A DNA stretch of 56,800 bases from a bacterium (lineage in GTDB: Bacteria > Verrucomicrobiota > Kiritimatiellia > CAIKKV01 > CAITUY01). The DNA lies in NCBI GenBank assembly GCA_037141135.1, contig JBAXDB010000002.1, positions 1 through 56,800 on the forward strand, read 5' to 3'. This document shows positions 20,630 through 29,100 of this stretch, piece after piece. Position 1 is the stretch's first letter. Every line of letters starts with the position of its first letter. The notes beneath the pieces were generated by a model. The model was not told the DNA's origin. It saw only the letters and a list, made by a program, of their open reading frames with translations, and searched no databases. Position numbers and translations under genes: made by a program.

Positions 20630-21794
20630 CCATGACCTCTTTGTGTCCTGTCAGCAACACACATACATCCACGCCGGCGATAGCCCGTGGACGGCGGTTC
20701 ACAAGTTCAATAGCGATGTCGAGCGCACGAAGGTAATAGGCCCGGGCCTTGGCTAAGTCGCCCGTTGCCGCATAGGTTTCAGCCAGCTTGGCATAAGCGA
20801 AAGGCTGGAAGATGACCTCCAATTTTCGCCCAATACTTTTTTCCGCCGCGTCAATCATGCCCTGGCTCTTGCCCCGGTCACCGAGTTTATTCCACAAAAC
20901 CGACGCTTCACCCAACATTGATATCTGAATATCCACCGGCAATCTTACGGCACCGATGATATTGGAGGCGACTTGATCCAAACATTCGCGAGCTTGATCA
21001 GCCAACCCGTGAGTTGCCATGGCGTCGATGACCTTTAACTGCAATTCCCAGCGCCGATAGGGCTTGACACGTTCCGTCGTTGTCCAGGCACTCAGAATCA
21101 TCTGGGTGGCTGTGCCCGGATTGATCTGGCCGGAAACCACCAGGTCCAGATACCCCCGCACACTTGCATCCGCCGTATCAAGCCCGTTGGTCTTCGCCAG
21201 GTTATTCAGGATGCCAGTGGCCTCATCCACCCGACCTGTTTTGGCAAGCGCGAGCGCCAGGTTGGCCGCCACGTCCCCCCCCAAACTGGAGTGGGCATTG
21301 AACTTGGCCGCACCCTGGGCCACATCGTTCCCCCTCCCCAGCAAGGCCTGGATGCGAATTATAGTTGAACGGAGATAATCACGCTGCCAATCTTTTGCCG
21401 TGAAACCACAGGTTTCGAGTTCGGGAAGCATGGCTTCAGCTTTCACCTTCTCACCGTGTGTGACCAGCCACTCTGCTATGGCAGCCAGAGCCATTCCCCT
21501 GCTCCAATCTTCAATTTGTATCGCACAGGCGCGGGCCTTTTCTGGATCTCCTTCCGCCAGGTAGGCGAGGGCTATCTTCTTCTGGGCCTGGCCGCGATCG
21601 CTCAAGTCGATGGCCGCGTTGGTTATCGCACAGGCATATTTCCAACCGTAACTGAGCGGGACGTTCGTGCCCGCGTCCGCCGGTTTGGTCACCGCAGGGC
21701 CGCAACCCGTCATCATTGCGAGAATCAGCATGGTGGACGCGGCGCATCCAGTCACCCAGCCTGCTGCATTTATTTTCTGTCTTATTTTGTTCAT
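20568..21794 (-). CDS. Lipoprotein with helical (TPR/HEAT-like) repeats, function unknown
   Basis: 408 aa. Lipobox LAMMTGC and Ala/Leu-rich helical repeats. It is the first gene of the TonB operon. Confidence 0.5.
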   Translation of the reverse strand: MNKIRQKINAAGWVTGCAASTMLILAMMTGCGPAVTKPADAGTNVPLSYGWKYACAITNAAIDLSDRGQAQKKIALAYLAEGDPEKARACAIQIEDWSRGMALAAIAEWLVTHGEKVKAEAMLPELETCGFTAKDWQRDYLRSTIIRIQALLGRGNDVAQGAAKFNAHSSLGGDVAANLALALAKTGRVDEATGILNNLAKTNGLDTADASVRGYLDLVVSGQINPGTATQMILSAWTTTERVKPYRRWELQLKVIDAMATHGLADQARECLDQVASNIIGAVRLPVDIQISMLGEASVLWNKLGDRGKSQGMIDAAEKSIGRKLEVIFQPFAYAKLAETYAATGDLAKARAYYLRALDIAIELVNRRPRAIAGVDVCVLLTGHKEVMDGDIQKKLERLAGTFDAAQP

Positions 21795-21907
21795 TATCTA
21801 CCTTCCTGCGACATCTGTTATTCCGCTTAATTGAAGAATGAGTAATTATGCACAGCCATGTTAGGCATCCATTAGGGGAGTGCTATTATTGCGCGAGATC
21901 CTCTCTC

Positions 21908-21939
21908 AAAAAAAAGGCGGCGGGAAGATTCCCGCCGCC
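21908..21939 (-). terminator. Rho-independent terminator of the 705-aa secreted-protein gene
   Basis: Perfect 10-bp GC-rich stem ggcggcggga/tcccgccgcc (21916-21925 / 21930-21939) with a 4-nt loop. The A8 run at 21908-21915 becomes a U-tract on the minus-strand transcript. Confidence 0.75.
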
Positions 21940-21985
21940 AGTACTCCACTGAACCCCTTATCTGCAGGTTCAACTGTTTATTTCA

Positions 21986-24103
21986 TTACTTGACGATATG
22001 CACACCCGCAACATAGAGCTGATCAAAGGTCACGATATTGTCTTTGACCAGATCCACACCGAAGTAGATGTCATATGTGCCAGTCGGCAACGACGCGGTT
22101 GAGATCGCGATCGGGGCGGTGGTGCTCAGGAGAGGCCCTTGCAGCGTACTCGTCAAACCGACCACCCAAGCGCCCGTGGCGAGGTTGAAGCGGTAGATGG
22201 CGCCCGTTGATTTCACCGCCACCAACCAGAAGTCGGCGTTGATGCCTTCATAGGTATCGGAGTTAAGCGCGATATTCACGACGCCAGCGCCACTGGTGAT
22301 CGTCGGCACAATGCCGGTTTCATCACCCGTAGGAACGTTGTTCGTCACGAAACCGCCCAAACGCCACGGGGTGCTCCACGGACCCGCCCAGTTCTTCTTG
22401 CCCATGGCGCCGATGAACTGCACAGGAGTATAGAACCCGTCCGCAGGAGGCTGCACACCGTAGGTCGCAATGGCGCTCCAGAAGTTCGTATTGGCCCGTG
22501 GGTCGAGCTTCTTCACGCAGGTGTAGGGATGCGCAACAGGACGCATTGTGGTCTGGAAATTATAGACGGTGGTATCTCGCTCGTAATAGGCAATCGGGGT
22601 CATTGCCGGAGCCGGCAAGCTGGTGTTGTCGAAGACAAGGTTGCCGCCCGCGTTACCCGCCGCGACGACATCATAACCCGTGTTATTGGGGGTATACCCG
22701 AAGTGCTCATGGGTGGAGAAGCGGCTATTGTCTGTTCCAACCAGCACTTTACCGGCTGTGGTCGGATATCCGTTCGTCATACCAATGGAGTGCGGGGTCG
22801 CGAAGTTCCAGAACAAGTTGCGCTTGAACTCGAGCTTCTTGGAGCCGGCAATGGCATCAGGGTAACCAATGTAGCTGGCAAACCCGGGGATGTTCACAGC
22901 CAAACCCTGACGGTTCGTGTTGCCCAGGAAATAGCCGTCTTGCGCATAGTCCTGATACAACTTCATCGCCGAGCAGTTCGAGCCAAACGCCCAAGAGTTG
23001 GTATTGCCTTCAATCAATGTGATACCGCCGGCGAAGTCCATCGCGATACCGTTGTAGATCCGGCCACCGGCATTGTCGCGAAGGTTCGCGAAGGTGTTCG
23101 CAGGATCACCGGAACCTCCAAGGCCAACAAATGTGTAGTTGAACAACGAGCCGCAGGACTGGGGATCATCATTGAACCCTGTTCCATCGCCAGCGCCGTC
23201 CCACTCCAGCCCTTTGTCGGAACTGTCAGGCAACTGCGTACCACCGCCCGTGATGGTGCAAACACCCTGCACGACCAGTGCAAACTGGATTTTGCCCCGC
23301 CAGCCGGTGTCGGTATCGATACCGTCATCGGTGCCATTCCAGGCAACCAAGTGCTTCATGTTGGCGGTACCACCAAAGAACTCAATGACGTCATCCTTCG
23401 TGTTGTACACGTCCAGATGATCAATGGTTGTCCCTCGTCCCACGCCGCAGAAGGTGATGCCGTTGATCTCCTTCGTCGGGCCAAGCACGAATCCACCGTA
23501 TCGGCTCGAGACGTAGTTCAGGATACCGCTGTTGTCCATATCATCCTGGCCACCGTAACTGCAATCGCCAGTGATATGGCTCAGCCCTTCGATAGCCGAC
23601 TCAATACGACCATCTGGCGGGTAGATACCTGAGCTATCCAGGGAATCCCACGCGATGTATGACCGCCCGGCAAGGATCAGTCCGCCCCACTGACCGGTGA
23701 GTTGATTGTTCAACTTACCGTAGTCTGTGCCGACGGGGTTATTGGTGCTTCCCGGATTGGCGCCGATGCTGTCATCGTACTGATCCGTGAACACGATCGG
23801 GTTTGCCGCCGTGCCCTGGGCGTTGATCTTCGCACCACGGCAAATGAGCAGAGAACCCGGCTCGCTGGCCACAGGTCCCACGGGGAGTCCCCGGATGACC
23901 GTTCCTGGCTGAATCGTCAGGGTCGCGCCGTTCTTTACCAAGATCAGGCGATCCAATTTGTACACATTACTGCTAAACCAGGTCGTGCTCGCGGTAACGT
24001 CGTTTGAAACGACGATATCGGCAGCTCCGGCCTGCTGCGCACCGAGCGCAAGCGCCGCCGCGGACATCAGTCCCGCTAAAACTTTGTTTGTATTCGTTTT
24101 CAT
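21986..24103 (-). CDS. Secreted protein, function unknown (possible beta-helix/adhesin-like fold)
   Basis: 705 aa. Clear signal peptide (MKTNTNKVLAGLMSAAALALGAQQAGA) and a Gly/Asn/Thr-rich sequence. No catalytic motif recognised. Confidence 0.6.
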   Translation of the reverse strand: MKTNTNKVLAGLMSAAALALGAQQAGAADIVVSNDVTASTTWFSSNVYKLDRLILVKNGATLTIQPGTVIRGLPVGPVASEPGSLLICRGAKINAQGTAANPIVFTDQYDDSIGANPGSTNNPVGTDYGKLNNQLTGQWGGLILAGRSYIAWDSLDSSGIYPPDGRIESAIEGLSHITGDCSYGGQDDMDNSGILNYVSSRYGGFVLGPTKEINGITFCGVGRGTTIDHLDVYNTKDDVIEFFGGTANMKHLVAWNGTDDGIDTDTGWRGKIQFALVVQGVCTITGGGTQLPDSSDKGLEWDGAGDGTGFNDDPQSCGSLFNYTFVGLGGSGDPANTFANLRDNAGGRIYNGIAMDFAGGITLIEGNTNSWAFGSNCSAMKLYQDYAQDGYFLGNTNRQGLAVNIPGFASYIGYPDAIAGSKKLEFKRNLFWNFATPHSIGMTNGYPTTAGKVLVGTDNSRFSTHEHFGYTPNNTGYDVVAAGNAGGNLVFDNTSLPAPAMTPIAYYERDTTVYNFQTTMRPVAHPYTCVKKLDPRANTNFWSAIATYGVQPPADGFYTPVQFIGAMGKKNWAGPWSTPWRLGGFVTNNVPTGDETGIVPTITSGAGVVNIALNSDTYEGINADFWLVAVKSTGAIYRFNLATGAWVVGLTSTLQGPLLSTTAPIAISTASLPTGTYDIYFGVDLVKDNIVTFDQLYVAGVHIVK

Positions 24104-24523
24104 TGTTTCTTTGTTTCCTAACAGTTTATCGATCTCTTGTTTATTGTTCTTTACTTTGGATTAACTACCACACTGACTTTTTATTTTGCCGTTTTACCAT
24201 CGTTTCACCTTGATGCCCCGCGCCTTGCCGTTGCCCGCGAACCCACCTCCCTTTCCTCTTTTTTTCTTTTCGCGGTTTGCGGTTTTTGCCCCCGCCTTCC
24301 GCTCCTCTTTTCTGATTTCTGATGGGCTCATACTCATAAACCCCCGTTTGCAGTGAATTAGGAGTTCTATTTTTTTCGATTAGTCTTCAGGGGCGGATGG
24401 AGACAGAAAATGACTGTTTCAGGAGCGGAAGATTAGGCTAAGAAGAAGAGAATCTAACATGGATGTACATGATAGACAGGATGGGAAAGACGGAGTGGGT
24501 TTAATTCGAACGGAAAGAAATAC

Positions 24524-25243
24524 TCAGACATCCTTGAACCGGTAGCCGACGCCACGCACGGCCTCGATGCAATCCGCATACGAGCCAAGTTTCTTGCGTA
24601 AGCCAACCATCTGGACGTCCACGGCTCGCTCGGTTACGGCGATTTCCTCACCGCGCACGGCGTCGAGAATCTGCTGACGGTTCAGCACTCTGCCGGGGCG
24701 GCTGGCGAGAAAATGTAGCAGATGAAATTCCGTCACTGTGAGACTTTCGATGGGCTTACCTCTGGCAAGTACTTGAAAACGGCTTGGGCTGATCTCTAGG
24801 TCGCCCGCCCGCAGTTCACCCTTCTGATTATAGACGTGAACCTGCTGTCGGCGCAGTACCGCGCGGATCCGGGAGATTAGAATTTTGATGCCGAACGGCT
24901 TGCCCACATAGTCATCCGCCCCGAGCTCCAAACCCAAGATGATATCCGATTCCTCACCCTTGGCTGTGATCATGATGATCGGAATGTCAGCCGTTGCAGG
25001 GTCTCTTTTCAATTTCCGGCATACCTCGAGCCCGCTCATTCCCGGTAACATGAGATCAAGAAGAATGAGGTCGGGCTTCTTCTGGGCCACCACATTCAGC
25101 CCCCCCTCACCGGACATGGCTGAGACGACTCCAAAGCCTTCACGTGTCAGGTTAAAGTTCACCAGCTCGAGAATGTCTTTCTCGTCGTCGACAACCAGTA
25201 TCTGTTTTTGAGCCACGGCCATAGGACATCCCACGCAATCCAT
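24524..25243 (-). CDS. OmpR/PhoB-family response regulator (PhoB-like paralog 1)
   Basis: 239 aa. The receiver domain has ILVVDDE...DLILLDLMLPG...; the winged-helix domain has ...LTVTEFHLLHFLASRPGRVLNRQQILDAV...ERAVDVQMVGLRKKL...VRGVGYRF. The likely true start is MAVAQKQ (complement of 25220-25222). Confidence 0.85.
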   Translation of the reverse strand: MDCVGCPMAVAQKQILVVDDEKDILELVNFNLTREGFGVVSAMSGEGGLNVVAQKKPDLILLDLMLPGMSGLEVCRKLKRDPATADIPIIMITAKGEESDIILGLELGADDYVGKPFGIKILISRIRAVLRRQQVHVYNQKGELRAGDLEISPSRFQVLARGKPIESLTVTEFHLLHFLASRPGRVLNRQQILDAVRGEEIAVTERAVDVQMVGLRKKLGSYADCIEAVRGVGYRFKDV

Positions 25244-25334
25244 TCACACGGATAAGTATTCCGAAATACCCGCCTACTTTGCCGCAGGTTCATTAGCTCC
25301 CGATTAGTGGAATGTCAGATATTCGTAAGAACAC

Positions 25335-25349
25335 TGGCACTTGAACTGC
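25335..25349 (+). promoter_or_regulatory. Candidate sigma-54 (-24/-12) promoter facing the megasynthase operon
   Basis: The sequence TGGCAC-ttgaa-cTGC keeps the invariant GG-N10-GC spacing and has one mismatch to the consensus TGGCAC-N5-TTGC. It lies on the plus strand, about 0.8 kb upstream of the 26162 start. Confidence 0.35.
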
Positions 25350-25905
25350 GTTCTAACAGCACTCTGATTGTGCGCTAAAGATCATGGCTGGGGGCCGGTC
25401 GGCGCACGAGGGGCAAGGCGTAGCCGCTGAAATTGGGTGAACTTGCGAACACCACTTGAAAGGGGGGATCACGGAAAGGGGGTTTCCAAAGGGGGAAAAC
25501 TGAGGAGGGAAACAGCATTGACAGTTCCAGTCCCCGCGTATGCGGGGCTTCGAGGGCGGCTACCGCCGACCGAGGTATTCAAGGGACTCAGCGCTGGAAC
25601 CGACTTCGGAGGTTCGAGCGCGTGTGGGACAAGTCAAAAACGATGCACCGCCATGACCCTGAGAAAGCAACTGAATGGATCATAGGCAGTCCCGGCGGTG
25701 CTACGAGTAGCGGAGCCGACGGCGTGCTGGCTGGCCTTTTCCCGCAGCCAGCATGACGGAGGCGTAGCGGTCAGTGGGGAGTCAATAAAAGGCCCGAAGG
25801 GTCATGGCGAGTGTAAAATCGATGCAAGAGACCGAAGGTCATTATCGGCAAAGTTGCAATTTTCGGGCTGACCCGTCCGGTTCTGTGATGTGACTCCTAT
25901 GCCTC

Positions 25906-25933
25906 AAAAAAACGAAAACGTTTTCGTTTTTTT
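25906..25933. repeat. Perfect 28-nt palindrome aaaaaaacgaaaac|gttttcgttttttt
   Basis: The two 14-nt arms are exact reverse complements with no spacer. It is the only strongly AT-rich element in a GC-rich leader. Confidence 0.8.
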
Positions 25934-26161
25934 CGGCGAACAGTCCCGGCGGCGCTCCTGTCGGAACCGAAAAGTCATCACCATCAGCCTTCGTCGCTAA
26001 TCATTCGCCCAGAACATCTTCAATTAACCTGTCCCTTATCTTCCCTGGTATGGGACACTTTTCATGCTTCACGCTTCCCGAACCTCGTTCTAACGTTTTC
26101 CTGATTGAGGACTAACGGAAGCATGAAATCATGAGCACCTTGTTTATCGGAGATCAATACA

Positions 26162-29100
26162 ATGACAGGGCTGGGCGATTTTCATTTCATGGCGACCTCG
26201 ATTGCGGGCTTTATGGCTCCTGATATCGCCCTAGCCGCCATCCGGGCGGGCGAAATCGGCATTATCAATGGCGAGTCGGCGCCGTCCGAGGCCGCCCTGC
26301 GCTCCGCCCTCGCCGAACTCCGCGACGCCCCCCGCGAACGATGCGGTTTGCGCCTTGACCTGGGCAATACCACCATCACTCCCGGCCTCCTGAAAGACCT
26401 GCCTCCGCAGGTGGGCTGGATTATCCTCGCCCGCACTAAACCCGCGGAAGTGGGCGGGCATATCCTCCGCCTGCACAAACACGACGTGCGGGTCTTGGTT
26501 GAATCCGTTGAGCTTGAGACGGCCCAAGCGGCGGAAACGGCCGGGGCAGACGGCGTGATTGCCAAAGGAAACGAGGCGGGCGGCTGGGTCGGCGAGGAAA
26601 CCTCCTTTATTCTCCTGCAACGGCTTCGCCAGGTCATCACGTTGCCAATCTGGATTCAGGGAGGCATCGGCGCCCATACGGTTGCTGCAGCCTATGTCGG
26701 GGGAGCGGTCGGCGTCGTGTTGGATTCCGCCCTGGCATTGCTGCAGGAATCAAAACTTCCCTCACAGGCCAAAGCCCTTATTGGACGTATGGATGGCAGT
26801 GAAACTCAGTGTTTCGCCGTGGATGGGGCCCTGTATTTCCGCTCCCTTGCACCCCGTGGTACGGCCACGCAAGGACTCCGGGCAGAGGATATCCTCCGCC
26901 AAGTCGGCTGGGAGGATGATCAGATGCACCTGTTACCGCTCGGGCAGGATGCGTGTTTCGCGCGTTCCCTGGCTGAGCGCTACGGCACCGTGGGCAAAAC
27001 CCTGAGAGGCCTGCGCGCCGAATTGCAGTCTCATCTCAGCGCCGGATGCCGTCACACCCTCCTTATGAAGGATTCCCCCTGGGCGCTCGCACACCATACC
27101 GCGTATCCGATTGTCCAAGGGCCAATGACCCGCGTCAGCGACACGCCCACTTTCGCCAGAGCCGTGGCCGACGCCGGTGGCCTGCCCTTTCTGGCGCTGG
27201 GGTTGCAGCGTGAATCTGAAATCGAAGCGCTCCTCTCTGAAACCCGGCGCCGCCTCGGTGACAAACCCTGGGGCGTGGGCCTGCTGGGATTTCTGGACGC
27301 CTCCCTGCAAGAAGAACAGTTGGCGGTGGTTCACCGACATCACCCGCCCTTCGCGCTCATCGCTGGCGGTCACCCCGAACAAGCCCGGAGTCTGGATCAG
27401 GAGGGCATTTTGACCTATCTTCATGTGCCCGCCTCCGGCCTGCTCAGGCTATTCATCGAGGATGGCGCGCGCCGGTTTATTTTTGAAGGCCGCGAATGCG
27501 GCGGACATGTCGGCCCGCTCTCCAGTTTCGTGCTCTGGGAACAGACGGCTCAAGTTCTACTGGAATCGGTACCCGCCCATGAACTGCCCGACTGCCACAT
27601 TCTGCTGGCAGGCGGCATTCATGATGCGACCAGCGCCGCCATGGCGGCTACCTGCATGACATCACTGGCGGAACGCGGAGTGAAAATCGGTGTTCTCATG
27701 GGAACGGCTTATCTCTCAACCCGGGAAGCGGTCTCTTCCGGGGCCATTTTGGAAACCTTCCAGCGACAGGCGCTGGCCTGTCAACATACCGTCCTTCTCG
27801 AAACCGGACCCGGCCACGTGGTGCGCTGTGCGCCCACCCCTTATGCGGACGCCTTTGCCACACGCAAGGCCCGGTTGCGCGCCGAAGGAGCTTCCACCGA
27901 CCAACTGCGTACCACCTTGGAAGCCATGAATCTCGGACGGCTGCGACTGGCCGCAAAAGGGGTGATGCGTCAACAGGCCGACCCGGAAGCCCTGGTCCCG
28001 GTGAATGAAAACGAGCAAATCGCCGGGGGGCTTTACATGCTGGGACAGGCGGCCGGATTGCGGGAGAAGGTTTGCACCCTGCAGGAATTGCATCACGAGA
28101 TCAGCGTGGGCGGAACCGAACTCCTGCGCGAGACCCGCCCCGCCACCACAGGCCGGGAACACGAATGCATCGCCATAGTTGGCATGAGTTGTCTGTTGCC
28201 AGGAGCCCGGAATCTCGACCAATTCTGGACCAACATCCTGAACAAGACGAATTCCATTCGCGAAGTACCCCCCACCCGCTGGGACTGGAAACTGTATTTT
28301 GACGAGCACCGCGAGACACCTGATCGCATTTACGCGCGCTGGGGCGGGTTCCTTGACCCCGTCGCATTTGATCCGGCGAGTTACGGCATGCCGCCCAGTT
28401 CGCTCGCCTCCATCGAACCCATTCAGTTGCTGGCGTTGGAACTGGCGCGCACCGCGTTGCGGGACGCCGGATACGAAAATCGTTCTTTCCCAAGGGAAAA
28501 CACAGCGGTCATCATCGGCGTCAGCGGCGGTCTGGCAGAGTTGGGCCAGGACTACGTTCTGCGTTCTGCGCTGTCGGCTGGGCCTGACAGGCCCACCATG
28601 ACGGGCATCCAGCGGAAACTGCCCGAGTGGACGGAAGATTCTTTTGCCGGTATTCTCCTTAATGTTATTGCCGGCCGCATCACCAACCGTTTCGACCTGG
28701 GTGGGCCCAGTTTCACTGTGGACGCGGCCTGCGCGTCTTCGCTGGCCGCCGTATATCTTGCCTGTCGTGAACTTGAAAGCGGTGCAAGCGACATGGTTCT
28801 TGTCGGCGGGGCCGATACTTTTCAGAGTCCTTTCAACTACCTCTGTTTCTGCAAAACACAGGCGCTCTCCCCACGCGGTCGTTGCCGCACCTTCGACCAT
28901 ACCGCTGACGGCACCTGCATCAGCGAGGGACTTTCCATGCTGGTTCTGAAACGGGTTAGTGATGCGGAACGGGATGGCGACCGCATCTACGCCGTCATCA
29001 AGGGAGTAGGCGCCTCCAGTGACGGGCGCGCCAAAGGTTTAACGGCACCCTCACCGGAAGGGCAGATCCGCGCGCTCCAGCGCGCTTATACCTCGGCAGG

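Larger units (their letters stand above)
25244..26161. other. Unusually long (918 bp) non-coding region between the response regulator and the megasynthase operon; candidate structured 5' leader or ncRNA
   Basis: No credible ORF. Stable hairpins occur at 25532-25547, 25555-25567, 25598-25614 (cUUCGg loop), 25724-25754, 25791-25803 and 25830-25840. The region also holds G-tract repeats, a 16-nt direct repeat and a 28-nt palindrome. Confidence 0.5.

Noticed and set aside
25437-25685. 82-aa ORF inside the long intergenic region.
   Set aside because: It has no RBS and an implausible composition, and it spans several GC-rich hairpins. The region looks like structured non-coding sequence, not a gene.
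25370-26000. Possible ORF-less group II intron, suggested by GTGCG at 25370-25374 followed by about 600 nt of hairpin-rich sequence.
   Set aside because: I found no domain V-like hairpin (AGC triad stem with a 2-nt bulge and a GNRA loop). There is no intron-encoded protein and no flanking exon context. The GTGCG pentamer alone is expected by chance.
25244-26161. tmRNA, RNase P RNA, SRP RNA, tRNA or a common riboswitch (cobalamin, TPP, c-di-GMP, ZTP) in the long leader.
   Set aside because: None of the conserved cores I can recall is present. Missing are the tmRNA 5' GGGG...UUCGAC and 3' T-arm/CCA, the RNase P GAGGAAAGUCC, the SRP GGAA/AGCA loop, the B12 box and the ZTP CCGCCUGGGC. A covariance-model scan is needed for a definitive answer.
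27716-28900. 394-aa ORF antisense to the megasynthase, along with many other long antisense or alternative-frame ORFs. Examples are 22529..23632 (+), 14713..15738 (+), 54178..54924 (-), 2019..2753 (+), 3843..4535 (+) and 16483..17043 (-).
   Set aside because: These ORFs are Arg/Gly/Pro/Ala-rich, low-information translations lying opposite strongly motif-supported genes. That is the typical result of stop-codon depletion in GC-rich DNA. None has an RBS or a recognisable domain.
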